A DNA stretch of 30,828 nucleotides from Amoebophrya sp. A120. Taxonomy: Eukaryota; Protista; Dinoflagellata. A program made the translations under genes and the position numbers. Below, piece by piece: positions 1 to 12,200 of this stretch (positions are counted from its first letter, which is position 1; each line of letters begins with the position of its first letter). Where the stretch lies: positions 3,114,418-3,145,245 of the forward strand of contig CAJINV010000003.1 of the NCBI GenBank assembly GCA_905178155.1. The letters run 5' to 3'. The notes under the pieces were generated by a model. It worked only from the letters and a program-made list of their open reading frames with translations. It searched no databases and had not been told where the DNA came from.

Positions 1-17
1 CCCCCCCCCACCCGTAT

Positions 18-335
18 TTTAAGATTTGAGATTGAGATCCGATACTTAAGATTTGAGATTATGAGATTGAAATAAGATTTCATAGATGACCTGCGATGAG
101 TTTAAGATTTAAGATTTTTTTAAGATTTGAGATTGAGATAAGATTTGATAGTTAAGATTTTTTAAGATATGAGATTGAAATAAGATTTGAGATTGGAATA
201 AGATTTGATAGATCATCTTAGATCGATTTAAGATTTCTTAAGATTCGAGATCGAGGTAGGAAGATTTAAGATTCAGATTGTGACTCAGATTGAGATTTGA
301 GATTGAGTTGAAATTGAGTTATTAAATTTGAATTA
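18..335. repeat. Degenerate low-complexity array of AGATTT/GAGATT-type units
   Basis: Repeated (A)AGATTTGAGATTGAGAT / TTTAAGATT words across the stretch; no ORF. Confidence 0.8.
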
Positions 336-340
336 TTCAT

Positions 341-481
341 GAAATTGAACTATTCAATTTGAACTATTCGCGAAATTGAACTATTCAATTTGAACTATTC
401 ACGAAGTTGAGCTATTCAATTTGAACTATTCACGAAATTGAACTATTCAATTTGAACTATTCACGAAGTTGAACTATTCGT
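341..481. repeat. 31-bp tandem repeat GAAATTGAACTATTCAATTTGAACTATTCAC, ~4.5 copies
   Basis: Units start at 341, 372, 403, 434 and 465; each holds two TGAACTATTC sub-units. Confidence 0.9.
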
Positions 482-1039
482 GAGTCTTGCGATAAAATTG
501 TAGATATGACTATCAATAGATGCACACAGTTTGGCTTCGGATCAGAAACAACTGGCACAGGCGAGAAAGATGAAAGACCTTTTATTCACCCACCTGTTTG
601 CTCTGCGAGCGCTATGATTTTCGCCACTCGTTACAACAGGGTCGAAATCCATCGTACAGCATTCGGCTTCGTTCGTGCACAGCTGTCGTCGTTAATTACG
701 GGGCTGGGATTAAATTGTTACGTTGTGCATCTTTTGCGTAAGGCGCACGCTCCTCACCCTCTGAAGTCAAGTGCGAGCGCCGAGGGTCGCCTCGTACTAT
801 CGTAAATCGAGAAAAACAGTCAAACTCAAATAGGTAAGCAGCCGTACAGACGCGCTTGGGCTTGCCATGTCTACTCAAAGTGGATTCGAGCTCTACTAGA
901 TTGTCTTCTGAGTAAAGAAGTAGTAGACGCAGGAGAAAGAAGGTGACTGGGTTCAGCTATTTTGCTTGTCAGTCTTAAAGTCGATGGCTGCCAAGTAGTG
1001 CCTCGCTGTCACTTGATCTGGCAACAACAAAAGCAAAAA

Positions 1040-1273
1040 ATGCAGAATTTTGAATCGCTCGAGTCTTGCTCGACCGCAACAACTGAGCGGAAGCGGCAGC
1101 AACTTAAAGAGTTGCAGTCCAAGCTCGCTGACCTCCGGTCGCGCCGCAGTCAGTTGGGCCACGAGGTGCAGCGCGCCGAGGAAAACGCGGAAGAAGAGCG
1201 CGATCTCCTGCACCGAACGCAGGAGCGAGAGTGCAAACGGCTCCGGGCTGCGCGGGATCTATACCGGCACTAG
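1040..1273 (+). CDS. Possible coiled-coil protein or terminal exon, function unknown
   Basis: E/R/Q/L-rich heptad-like peptide (RKRQQLKELQSKLADLRSRRSQLGHEVQRAEENAEEE) followed by AT-rich sequence after the stop. The 5' boundary is uncertain. Confidence 0.4.
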   Translation: MQNFESLESCSTATTERKRQQLKELQSKLADLRSRRSQLGHEVQRAEENAEEERDLLHRTQERECKRLRAARDLYRH

Positions 1274-3164
1274 CAGCGTCAGGTGTCAAGCAAAGCCTAT
1301 GAAGGCCTGCATGTACCACGAATCGCGGCACTTTCGTGATGATTATGTTTGTATTTTATTACAGCCCTGCTTCTATGCACTTGATATGAAGTAGAAATTG
1401 AAATTGTATTTGTATGTCTAATAAGTGGACCGTGATTGACGTTGAAATCAATAGTAATAGCAAAGACCTCGTCTGCTTCGACAGGACGAATTGATCACGC
1501 TCTCTTATTTATTACCAAGGGTTTGCTTGGTTGCTAGCATCATGACCGTGTTACCAAACGACGTTTAGACTGTAACTACAAAATCGCCAAGACCGATTTG
1601 TCTTGAGAGGGTGCGGTCGCCCCTCCTACTGTATTGCCCCAAAATTGGTATCGCGAACCCGTGGCACTGTCGTGCCTGCGCGCCGAGCTGTCCACGCTTG
1701 GGCCTTGTTCTACCTTGTCGAAAGCTGCTTCTGTGCGGCAAGAGCATTTGTCACTGAGTCCAGCTTAGTCTATTGACGCGCGTGGAGCGAAAGAGCTGCA
1801 ATTGGAAGTCAACCATTACCAAACGGAACAACATGGAGAGCGACAGGCAGATGGGGAGGACGTAGTATCGTTCGAGTGCACAAATAATCATGTCCATGAG
1901 AGATATTATGGCGCGCCATTCGTGATAGCATCACGTCGTGAAACAACTATGGCGGAAGCCAAAATATATGCAAGCAACTAGAATAAAGGAACATGATAGA
2001 AATTGCGAGACGGATCACACGATTAGCGGCGCGGAAAGGAGATCAGCTTGATCAAAGAGAACGGCGGGTGTGTGGCGACCCGTTTTGATGCGATTTTGGG
2101 CCAGCCAAGCGAATTCCTGCAGCCTTTCCACGCGGCGGACAAGTTTTTCTGTGTCGTCGAGAGCGGCAGCAGGTTCGTCAGAGCGAGCCGACGTCTTCAC
2201 CTTTCGTGAAAGCCGCCCGCTCCACGTTTTTCATCGATACGAAGATCAAGCTGGGTTCCCAAGATTCGGTGGCGCAGTATTTTCTTCTGCTAGTAATATT
2301 GCTCATTCCTGCCAGCGGAAAAAAAAAATGGATGACGAGGATGGCAGGAGCCCTACCACTGAGGAGGTGCGTCAAGCTGCACTCCGAGAACACGGACTAG
2401 AAGATGAGAGCGGAGGCCGAGTGTTATGTATGCGAATTACTTTTCTGCCTGTCGCGATTGCTAGTAGTAGATCGCATCCCTCCGCACGTCCCACCCTAGT
2501 GCAAGGTAATTGAAGATGATGAGGAATAAAGTTGCTGGAAGGTGGAAGTTTTGCCATTGCCGATGATTCCGCGTGGAAGTAGAACTCAAGCCGGTCATGA
2601 CAAAGAGAGTAGTCGACTCCGGTATGTCGGCGACCTCGCCAGAGTATGTGGCAAAGCAAAGCTTTTGCGCCCGGTCTGCAACTAAGTACTTATCTGCGAA
2701 GAGCAGAGTTTCCGTGTTTTCTGGGATAAGTTCGCAGGGAATTTGGCAGTCTGGCTGCACTTGGGGAGGACATGTTTGGCGATCAAGGGAACGAAGACCA
2801 GCGAGGAGAACATCTTCCTTCAGACGGTACAGCTACAGGCGAGGGGCACGCGCCGCCTCCTGCCCAGGGATCGCAAACTGTTGCGGTGAACTTACCGGCG
2901 CCAGATTTTGGGCATTTGGAGGCGTCAACGACAACCACCGATGGAGTGTACCTTTTTTTTATCGTACGTGCTTGGTGCATGACCTGACTTTTTGGAGCCG
3001 TTGTATCGGTGACAGAAAAGGCAAAGACAGTGCATTGTTATACGAGCGGGACGTTATGTGGCTATTCTTATTTGTTTTTCTTCTGCGAGAGCGTGAGCGA
3101 GGTGCAGCTGCAGGACCTCGTGTCTTGCTCGGTAAAGAAACATAAACGCTACACCTGTGATCTG

Positions 3165-3741
3165 ATACATCAGGCGGCTCCGAGCTGCCCCTGAAGGAAG
3201 CATCCTGCCTATTGTCCTAAACAATGAGCACTCACGTGGTGAGGACGGGCGGGATGTACCAAGGTGGGTGCTGGACGCCAGCGGACCTGGCAGCCAAGAT
3301 CCGGCCACGGCGATGAACCGCGGGACGCGGGAGACAAGCGACTCGGTACCTCGAGACGCGTCTGCGGCAGTCGGGCGGCGGCTTGCGTCGGTTTGGCGAG
3401 GTCTTCTCGTTGTCCTAGCTCTGTTTTCGTTTACAGCTTTTGCGAAATTTCTTTTCACGGACAAAAGCGGCGAGAAAAAGACTTTCTTGCAGGAGATCAT
3501 CGTCCCTCTTGGGCAGGGTGTCACTACGGTGACCATTTCTCTGGTGAAGTTTCTGGAAATTTTAACGCTCTTGGGAAACGCCGTGGAACGCGCAGCCTTC
3601 AGAACACTCGGAATTGGGGCAGTTGCTGTCGGTCTGTTCCAGCGGGGCGCTTGCTACGTGGCAGTAACAGCTGTGATGATACTTCTCCCAATTTGGTGCT
3701 GCGGCTGGAGAGGAAGGCATCGCCCAAGAGCAGTATTGTGA
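3165..3741 (+). CDS. Putative membrane protein, probably the last exon; upstream exons may lie in 2328-2950
   Basis: Open frame extends 5' of ORF 3268 and has several hydrophobic segments (VWRGLLVVLALFSFTAFAKFLF; LGIGAVAVGLF; YVAVTAVMILLPIW). No recognisable family. Confidence 0.4.
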
Positions 3742-3989
3742 AGGCGCCCGCTCTACGAAATAGTGAATGCGGCTGACTCGTCGACGTCATCAGAGAAACA
3801 AACTCAATTTGACACATAGTGAAAAGGTCTTGTTACAGATTTAAGTCATCAGTTGAAAGGTCGAGTGTAGTGATCATACCAGTACACTTCCCGGAATGGT
3901 CCGCGGTGGAGTGACGCAGGAAACGCAAGAAAAAGAACAAGTCACTTTTACATCCAAGCGCGGAGCACAAGCAGCCGCATCTCACTCGA

Positions 3990-4568
3990 ACCCGCCCCGG
4001 AGACGCGGGCGCTCGGCTACCGGGTTCTGGTACTCGGCAACTTTTTCACACATTTTTGGGCACTCGGGTTCTTGAGAATCAGCTTGCGTTTTTTAGTTCA
4101 CCACGAGCCAGACCCCCCGGGGATCGCAACGGTTTGGCGGGACTCGGGCGGGACTCGGACGGGACTCGGACGGGACTCGGACGGGACTCGGACGGGACTC
4201 GGACGGGACTCGGACGGGACTCGGACGGGACTCGGACGGGACTCGGACGGGACTCGGACGGGACTCGGACGGGACTCGGACGGGACTCGGACGGGACTCG
4301 GACGGGACTCGGCAGCTTTTCCAGGCTTTTGCAGATACTCGGGTTTGTGAAAATCATCTCGCGGCTTCAGTACACCACGAAGCCGAGCCCCCTCGAGTCG
4401 CGACGTTATGGGGGTCGTAACGTCTGAAAGGGCGCAGCCGAGTACCCGCCCCGGAGACGCGGGCACTCGGCTATTGGGTTCGGGTACTCGGCAGCTTCTC
4501 CAAACATTTTTGGGTGCTCGGGATCGTGAGAATCCGCTGGCGTTTTTCAGTACACCACGAGGCCGAGC
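3990..4568. repeat. Three degenerate direct repeats (~3990-4110, partial ~4306-4390, ~4444-4568) enclosing a minisatellite
   Basis: ACCCGCCCCGGAGACGCGGG at 3990 and 4444; all three copies share ACTCGGCA..TT...CTCGGG...AG(T/TA)..CACCACGA. Confidence 0.85.
4139..4312. repeat. 11-bp minisatellite (GGACTCGGACG)n, ~16 copies
   Basis: Near-perfect tandem array read directly from the sequence. Confidence 0.97.
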
Positions 4569-5144
4569 TTATTGCATTCGCACAGGCTGCATCGTACTGG
4601 AACATAGGGGGAGTCAGTGCGTTTTCCTTACGGCGAAGCCACAGCGCGACTTGCGTAGTCCCAACTTGATCAGAGCGATGCAAAGGAATAGAAGCGATGC
4701 GACCAGTGCGTACTGTTCTGATGGGCGAGGCGACAAATGTCGCGTATGAACTAAAACGAAGAAACATCCTCGCGACGGAAGTAGGACCTGGCCCCAGGCA
4801 CTTCTCGTAGTCTACGCCGTTCGTTAGCACCATGCTCCAGCTGATACACAATGACTCTCGAAAGGTGAGGCGGTGAGGCTGCGTCTCCGATTCTCACGTC
4901 TTTTTTCGCGCAGAAATAACTCAGCCAGAAATGCCAAGGGGAGGCGGGTCACTGAAGGGCAATTGTCCCTATTGCAGACCGCCCGTGCGTCTTATCATGC
5001 AGAAACATCCGAGCCCGCCACTTTGCCTAAGAAAACATGGAGCAGCATTAGATGAGCAGGACAAAAGTAAAGCGCGTCGCCGCCATGCGCTCTTCCATAA
5101 GGAGGACGCATTTTGCTATACTGATATATAAAGGCACAAAAGCC

Positions 5145-6031
5145 ATGGCTTCTTCGATGGCAAATATGGCGCGGTACTGTTTTTTCACGTCGTATTTTGC
5201 GGCAACCTACATGATCATTGGAGCGCGGACGCTTGCTATCCTTTCTGAAGTTGGCCCATCTCATCGCCTATTATTTCGCGTCTATTTTTCCCTGGTACCG
5301 CCGTCCGTGAAGGTGCTGGGGTGTTGCTTTTGTAATGGACATTCAGGCTTTCGTAATGGACATTCAGCTGCTTCGTATTTCGATTAGGGTGACACGCCTT
5401 GGCAGGCGAGGCGGAAGATATGGATGCACGGAAAACAGTGCAAGATGAAATGGCGTCACGGGCATCAAGCGTTTTATTTTTGCTCAGTTTCTTCACGAAC
5501 AAAAAATCCAAAGATGAAATGGGTCGGCTTTCCTTATCGATAGATGCAGAGCGAGCCGGTGTGTTCACTGCGGAAAGGTTGTCGCAAAGAAAGATAGAGC
5601 TAAGCACTATCATGAATGCGCTGCCCGAATTCGCATCGAGGAGGATACGGTAGATGTTCCATGGCTGAGTCGGCTGAAGTTTTGGCTTTGCTTTGGTAAA
5701 AAGACCGACAGGAGATGCAAGGCATGACATCAATAGTAAGTGACTCAGCAAAGCGTGCTGCGTGTTTGCTTCGCACCGACTCAGAGTAGGCATTTCGCCT
5801 GCATTACTGAATCTCCGGAGGAGGAGGCGACTGGTGTACCAAACTGGAATAATTACATACCACACTTTGCTACTTGCGCTCGTCGTCGCACTGATCGCCG
5901 TCGTCGTCTATCACAGCATAGTCGCTGACTCCCCCGGCCGTGCTCAGACCGCTACTGCAGAAGTAGATGGGCGAGGTTTGGAAGAAAGTCCACAAAATGT
6001 TTTCCGCATGGAAGCAATCCACTGCCAATGA
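5145..6031 (+). CDS. Possible multi-exon membrane protein (exon structure unresolved)
   Basis: Hydrophobic peptides in ORFs 5052-5387 (YCFFTSYFAATYMIIGA) and 5762-6031 (TLLLALVVALIAVVVY). No family motif; splice sites not resolved. Confidence 0.25.
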
Positions 6032-6994
6032 GATTTAGATCCCACCAGAATAGTTTTGCCTCGCCAGGGGAGGAAAATTTTCCGTGTAGTATGTTTGCGA
6101 ATATCTTCGGGCATGCGGACAAGGCACCGCAGCAGAAAGGCGCGGGACCCGGAGCTAACTTGAGCGCGAGCGTTCGAGATCAAGGTAGTGTGCCCGATTG
6201 CTTGTCCTGCTGAATGTATTATCTGCTACCGTGCAACGGCGAAGATGAAAACGAGAACCTGACGCTTCACTTCGTGCAAGAAGCTACCGATTTGGCAAAA
6301 CACAAAAACTTTTCACAGGCACGAGTTCGGGCAATGTGACCGAGGAATACATCGCTGGAGACCCGGAAAATGGTACTCGGAAAGCGATCCAGTCCGCCCT
6401 TGACGAGGGCCGGTGGGCACGGACTGAACTAAGCGGGAACGTCACAGACCACAACTTCGCCGCCCACCATGACAGGAGAGGTTCGTGAAAAATTTGTTGC
6501 GAACTGGCATGCGTGCCGAAGTAGCCTTGACATGTGTAGCTTCCGCATCTGATGAAATAAACTTACCTTCGAGACACACCGGCCTTGTTGAGTACTTAGA
6601 TATACTTGAAGAACAATTAGAAGGAATATCAAAACGAAACAGCCCGTGAAGGCGCGTTGGACCCGATGTCACAGAAGCTACTAGAGGAGGAGCCGTTTCT
6701 GGTATAACTCGAAACTGGGTTGACTGTGTGCTATTTTCTACGTGCCTTGATGGCCACAGATGCAGACCCTCTGCTGTCTTTGCGTAGGGGTCTGCTGACC
6801 TGTGCTCCGACGCAGATTACCCATGCCACTGTCGTCGTCACTTCTGGATAAATGAGACTGCGGAGCTGTTTTTCGGCAGGAGCTTCAGAGCCTTCCGTTT
6901 TTGAAGAGTGGGCTGGCGTGGTGCGAGATGTCGATCTGGTCATAGAACTCGCATTGCATAGTCGAATTGCTCTGCATGCTATTCCAAATTAAAG

Positions 6995-8341
6995 GTGCCA
7001 CAAGAACCCAGTGTCGCGTCGTCTGGCTCTGGTGGGCGTGTCTCTTGCCGCCAACCTGAAAATTCTTCCGACGATAGCCACAGCTCGAATAGAACCTCCT
7101 TGCTGGGGCCGAGTACGAACACCACCTGCGCAGATGCCGAACCCTTATCGCCGCACACAGGCGACGATTTAGGCACGATCGCAGCCCCAGGCGAGTTGGA
7201 CGCTAAGGCGCCGCCGGTGATGCACCTTTCTGGCGCCTGCCTCGCCATGGACGCGAAAGACCGCGAAGCGTGCGAGGCGCCGGGCTCGCCCTGGGAACAC
7301 AATGAGCTGTTGTGTAAGGCCAAGTCTCTTTGCAGGTGGGTCTCTGCGAGTACCAACGGCACAGCGCCAGCAGCTTTCCCTGAAGCAGACAACCAAGTGG
7401 ATCACTGCCGGGCGAAGAACAACACTCCGGACCGTGCAAAGGAGTGTGAAGACGCGAACGCGCAGCATTATTCCGATCCTGGGTTGTGCAATGCCCTTCC
7501 GGGTTGCCAATTCGGGCGGCCATGGCCGAGTGCCGCAACACCGTTGGAAGGCGCAGACCTCTTGAGGGACGGTTTGGAGCAAAGGTATCCTGAGTACTCA
7601 TGTTCCTTCGTGATCTTTGGAACTACGTGTCTTGTTGCGTAGCCTGTGTATTGGGTGTGCAGCAAGCGATCAACATAATATTGATTTTATATATTTTTGC
7701 GCGGACGTCTCAAAACACGGCAGATCTTCCCTGCATGCTGCAAAGGAGACAGGAGCAGGATTGCCAGATGCTACAGTGGACATTCGAGACGCCGGGGCAG
7801 CATCAATGCCGGGGATCGATGCGAAGCTCGCGAAAGCGTCTTCGGTTTCCAAAAACGCGACGAGCTCCAAACGGCGCAAACGCGAGTGGATTTTGTATAG
7901 CATTCTTTAATTCAATAGAACTAATCGACGGCTGTCTTTTCCATGCATCTTTTGCTGGAGCGTCACTGTCACAAGAGTCAACAGCATGAGCTACGGCATT
8001 CCTCCACTCACATTACGAAACAGCGCTGATTCTTGCTGAACAAAATAAGTAAGAATATTGCAAGGGCAAATACATTGACTGCACAAAACAGCGAAGGAGA
8101 GGAGGACTTCGACTCCGACAAGGAGGACGGAATGGTGCACCGTTTGGCAGGTCAAGTTGTGGACTGGCTGCAGTCTTGGGACCAGGTGCTGCAGGAGTTG
8201 GGTGATCCAAAGCGCGGTGGAAATTCATCTAATTCCAGTAATACTTCGCTGGAGCTGGGAGAAGAAGATGTCTTGGAAGAGGCGACCGATGGCGCAAGCA
8301 GACCGCGGAAATTTAAGAAGGGCCCAGTCGAGGAACTCTGA
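6995..8341 (+). CDS. Unknown low-complexity/acidic protein; 3' exons ~6995-7584, 7724-7885, 8092-8341
   Basis: Two phase-compatible GT-AG introns (7585-7723, 7886-8091) join three ORFs into one frame (..EQR|SSLH..KRRKRD|EGEED..). Basic NLS-like patches KRRKR and RPRKFKK. The 5' end is not resolved. Confidence 0.5.
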
Positions 8342-9278
8342 TGCGCTCTTCTGTTCACAATTCAAGCAAAAATGTATGATAGAACAAGTGTTGCAGAAGT
8401 CTCCATGAAAATAAGCACTTACTTAGGCTGCTTGGACTACTGAAGTCATGAGTCGTATTATATTTTGGTTTTCACACAGTAATATATAGCGGTCTTTTTA
8501 GCAAAAGAATGTGCTCATAAAGATGAAAAGCAGAGTGTGGGCATTTCAGTTTCGTTTTTACTTTTGCCTGTTTAGTGTCCATAATAATGATAAATCTGCA
8601 AGTGCAACATGCGGGTCCGTCGGTGCTGTGGGCTTCGGAATGCACAAACGCAATTGCGCGATGCACACGCAGGCACAAAAGCGGCATGTAAGATTCTATT
8701 AGAGCTGCAAAGTAGTTCACGCTATGAAGAAATCAACAGAGCCGAACAATTGTCTGGGTAAAGAATTAATGTTGATTCTGTTCGAAATTACTACAACAAA
8801 AGGCCACGGGCCGACTACTTTGTCTGTCAGTCTCCACAGTGCGGCACGCGATAGCAGCCACGCTGATGGAAACTGGGCACCGAGGCGCATACCCTTTCTG
8901 TAGAAGCATTGGAGAACAAGGAGATCGGGCTCACAAAAGAGATCAAAGCGTTTGCTGCTTACGTACCAGATCATCCCAAAATACAACATACTCCTTACCC
9001 TTGTACGATCAAGACGAGGAACTGGCGTGCGTTTTGCAAATACGGCCATACATCACAGAAAACCCACTTGCAGCTACGGAGTCTATACTACTGAAGCGCG
9101 TTCTCGGCGGGCGTTCCGTTGTTTTAGGTTCCGATGAGACACTACAGTTACTGTGAAGTCATAGCACGACGGTGCCGAACTGCAGTCGTGTGAAGTCCGT
9201 CGTTCAGTAAAAATGATGAATGTGCTATTGTGCTTGTCGTAATCCGTGTGATTTTTTTAGATTTAGAATGAACATGAA

Positions 9279-12200
9279 ATGACGTCGTCAGAATATAATC
9301 CGTCAGGGCTCCTTCCCGCGGGATCCGCGCTGGTATCGAAAACGGGGCGCACTCTTTACGCAACGCAGGACGTGGTCCTGGTGATCGTAGTTCACGAGGC
9401 CACCTCCCGGTATCTCGTTATCGAAGAGACCTGGGACCGGGGTTGGCACGTACCGACCGGCACCGTGGACTATGCAAATGACTTTTCTCTGCACAAAGCC
9501 GGGCTCAATCCCGCCGGGTTTCTGCTCTCGGACGCAATGCACGTAGAAAGATTTTTTTCTTCCGTCCGAGAGCAGCGGCCCGGGCGCGGCTTGACAGCCC
9601 CGGTTTGACCAATCCTTTTCCTTGGAGACGAGACGCGGCGAATCCCTGGAGGAAGCCGCACTGCGCGAGACGCGGGAGGAGACCCACGTCGATGTGAAGC
9701 TCATCGGGGTGCTGGAGTTCGAGCGAACCCGCTTCGGGGAGAGCACCACCCGCAACCGCATCACTTTTCTCGCGCACCCACTCGTCGATCCCACGGATCC
9801 GTGCGCACCGACCAAGACCGCAGCGGACGAGCACAGCCTCCAGGCGCGGTGGGTGACCATCAACGAGTATCTGCATTTGCCGAAGCACCGGGCCCGCAAT
9901 TGCTTGTTGCACTGGCACCGCCACCTCCGCGACAACAAGCTGATTGTACCGCTGTGGTATTTCCCGGATGTGGTGGAGGCGCCGAGCGGCGGTCCGGAGT
10001 TCCGGCTACTGCAACCGGCGTCTTCTCCCGCGTCCCAAGGAGCGGGCCTTTCGTCCACCGCCGGGACGGCAGATCCTAACATCAAAGGTGCAGGAGCGGC
10101 CCGCAGCGACGCGGTCACGGTGGCTACCAACTATGATCTCGTCGCGGCGAACTTTGTTCCCCAGCCGCGGCGGGGAAAGAACCAGAAGTGGTCCACCGGT
10201 GTTGGCAAAGACGGACCGCATGACAAGGGCACCAGATCGACGCCCGCAACTTCCGGCAGCGACGTTAATAATAAGGGTGGACCGAACAAGAAGCTCTCGA
10301 AGCAGGCTTCCAAAGGTGGCTCCCGCGCGGAAGCTGGCGAGGAAGGGGCGCTGTCCTTTCGGGAGATCAACAATTTGATAGTTAGCGGCGTGGTAAAATC
10401 GGCCGCGGCATTCTGCGGCGGGAGGTTTCAAGTGGTGGTGGACGCAGCGGGCGGAAAGGGCGGAGGCCTACCGAAGTACTTGCCGTTCCTGCGCAATGCG
10501 GGCAAGCTTTTGTTCGTGGATATCAGCCCGGTGTCGGTCGGCGAGGCGCAGACGCGTTTTCTCTCGATGACAACCCGGCCTACGAAGGGTGGGAGCGCGG
10601 GGACCGGCTGTCCCGTGGACACAGACCTATCCACGAAGAAAAAAGGTGGTCGGACCATGGTTGGTCGTGTGTGTGGCAACATTGGCCTAAAATCGTGACG
10701 TTGCACTGTAATGTTCCAGAGACGTATAACTATCATCGCGCTCTGACCTAGCGGGTTTTCGTGCGGTTTGTGTGTTTTTTGCTTTACAAAAACAAAAGAC
10801 AAATTAGATTTGGAATTTGAAGAAATTCACAGAGACAGCTCTGACACCTTTTTTCTTTCGACTTTTCTTTCGCGTGGAAGATTGCTTTTTCGACCTTACC
10901 TACTGGGAGCGTCTGGCGCCGAACTCAGTGTGCTACGTTAACTGCCAGTTTGCGCTGCACTACGCCTGCCGCAGCGTTCCGCATCTCACGGCTCTGTTTC
11001 GTGCGATCGGGCGCGTTCTGCGCCCCGGCGGGCTGTTTTGCGGCACCATTCCCTGCGCGACGGCAATTGCGGACGCGATGCAAAAGCAAATCGCAGGCGT
11101 TTCGCAGCCGTTCAAGATAACCGAGTTGCGGACTACTACGGACTCGGCCGCGCCCCAAACCGGTTCGTACTACTTCCACCTTCCGGGCCACGTGGATCCG
11201 CCCACGAAGGAGTTTTTGATTCCGGAGTGGCTGTTGCGCGCCGCGTCGAAAGACGCCGGTTTGATTCCGGAGCCGTCGCTGCATTACCGGACTTTTAAGG
11301 AGCTGTACCGGCCCAGCGGTGCGGATCCGGTATCGTCCCTGTACCGGGTCTTTGCCTTCCGAAAACCGGCACCCAGTGGTAGCATCTCCGGGAAGAAGAC
11401 TGGCAATCCCGCACACCACGCGGCGAGCAGTTTGGCGAACACGGATGAAACAGCGAAAGCAAAGTCGAATGTCGGAGAAGAAAAGCGGGCATCGCAGGCG
11501 CTTGGGCCGGCACTGGTTTCCGGAAGAACCGCCGACCAGCCGGCGAGCAGTGTGCCGAAAGTCGCCTTGTATACGGGAGCATTCGATCCCCCGCACGTAA
11601 ACCACATTCACATAGTTAGGCACCTGCTGACAGTAGAGGGATACTGGCAAGTACTCGTCTGTATCAACGGGGAGAACGACTTCAAGCCTTTTGTCACGCC
11701 GTCCGAGCATCGCGAAAGAATGGTAGAGGCCGCATTGCAAGAGACGGGACTGATCAAGACAGGCAGAGTAGTTACGAATCAAGAGACGCGGACGGCGAAA
11801 GAGGCGGGGAGCTACTGTTCTTCTTGCATGCATGACTGGCCGCGTTTATGCCTTCGCACGCACAACTATTGTTCCATCCACTGCGCCCCTGCGCTCTCTC
11901 TTCAGTGTAAGCAGGGAACGAAGTGAACCACGTGGACTTTCGCATATCGAAAGCAGCAAGTAGTCGTGCGTAGATCATCATCAGCTAAGAGAGTGAGATG
12001 CAAGTTCCACAGATCTGCGCGCGTTGACGAGAACGGCTAAGCCTTTGTATCGCCCTTCTTTCTGGTGCATAGCGGCCGTTCTGCGGAACGATCACGGCGG
12101 TTGGGCCGGGAGAAAAAGAATTTGCGATGACGTGTACATCAGATTTGTGGAGCAGCAGCGGTTAGCGCCCGAAATCCACCTGGTTCTAGGCCAAGACTCG

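Noticed and set aside
341-481. CRISPR-like array
   Set aside because: Units abut with no unique spacers, there are no cas genes, and the context is eukaryotic.
4056-4466. ORFs with GTRTGLGRDSD / SPVRVPSESRP repeats
   Set aside because: They are translations of a stop-free 11-bp minisatellite, open on both strands.
5331-5376. 21-bp tandem duplication containing GTAATGGACATTCAG
   Set aside because: A two-copy local duplication with no further structure.
8839-9156. Extra exon(s) or a small gene upstream of the Nudix fusion
   Set aside because: Short ORFs with no motif and no consistent splice path that I could support.
9303-11833. Long minus-strand ORFs (275 aa, 302 aa)
   Set aside because: Antisense shadows of GC-rich coding exons with no recognisable motifs.
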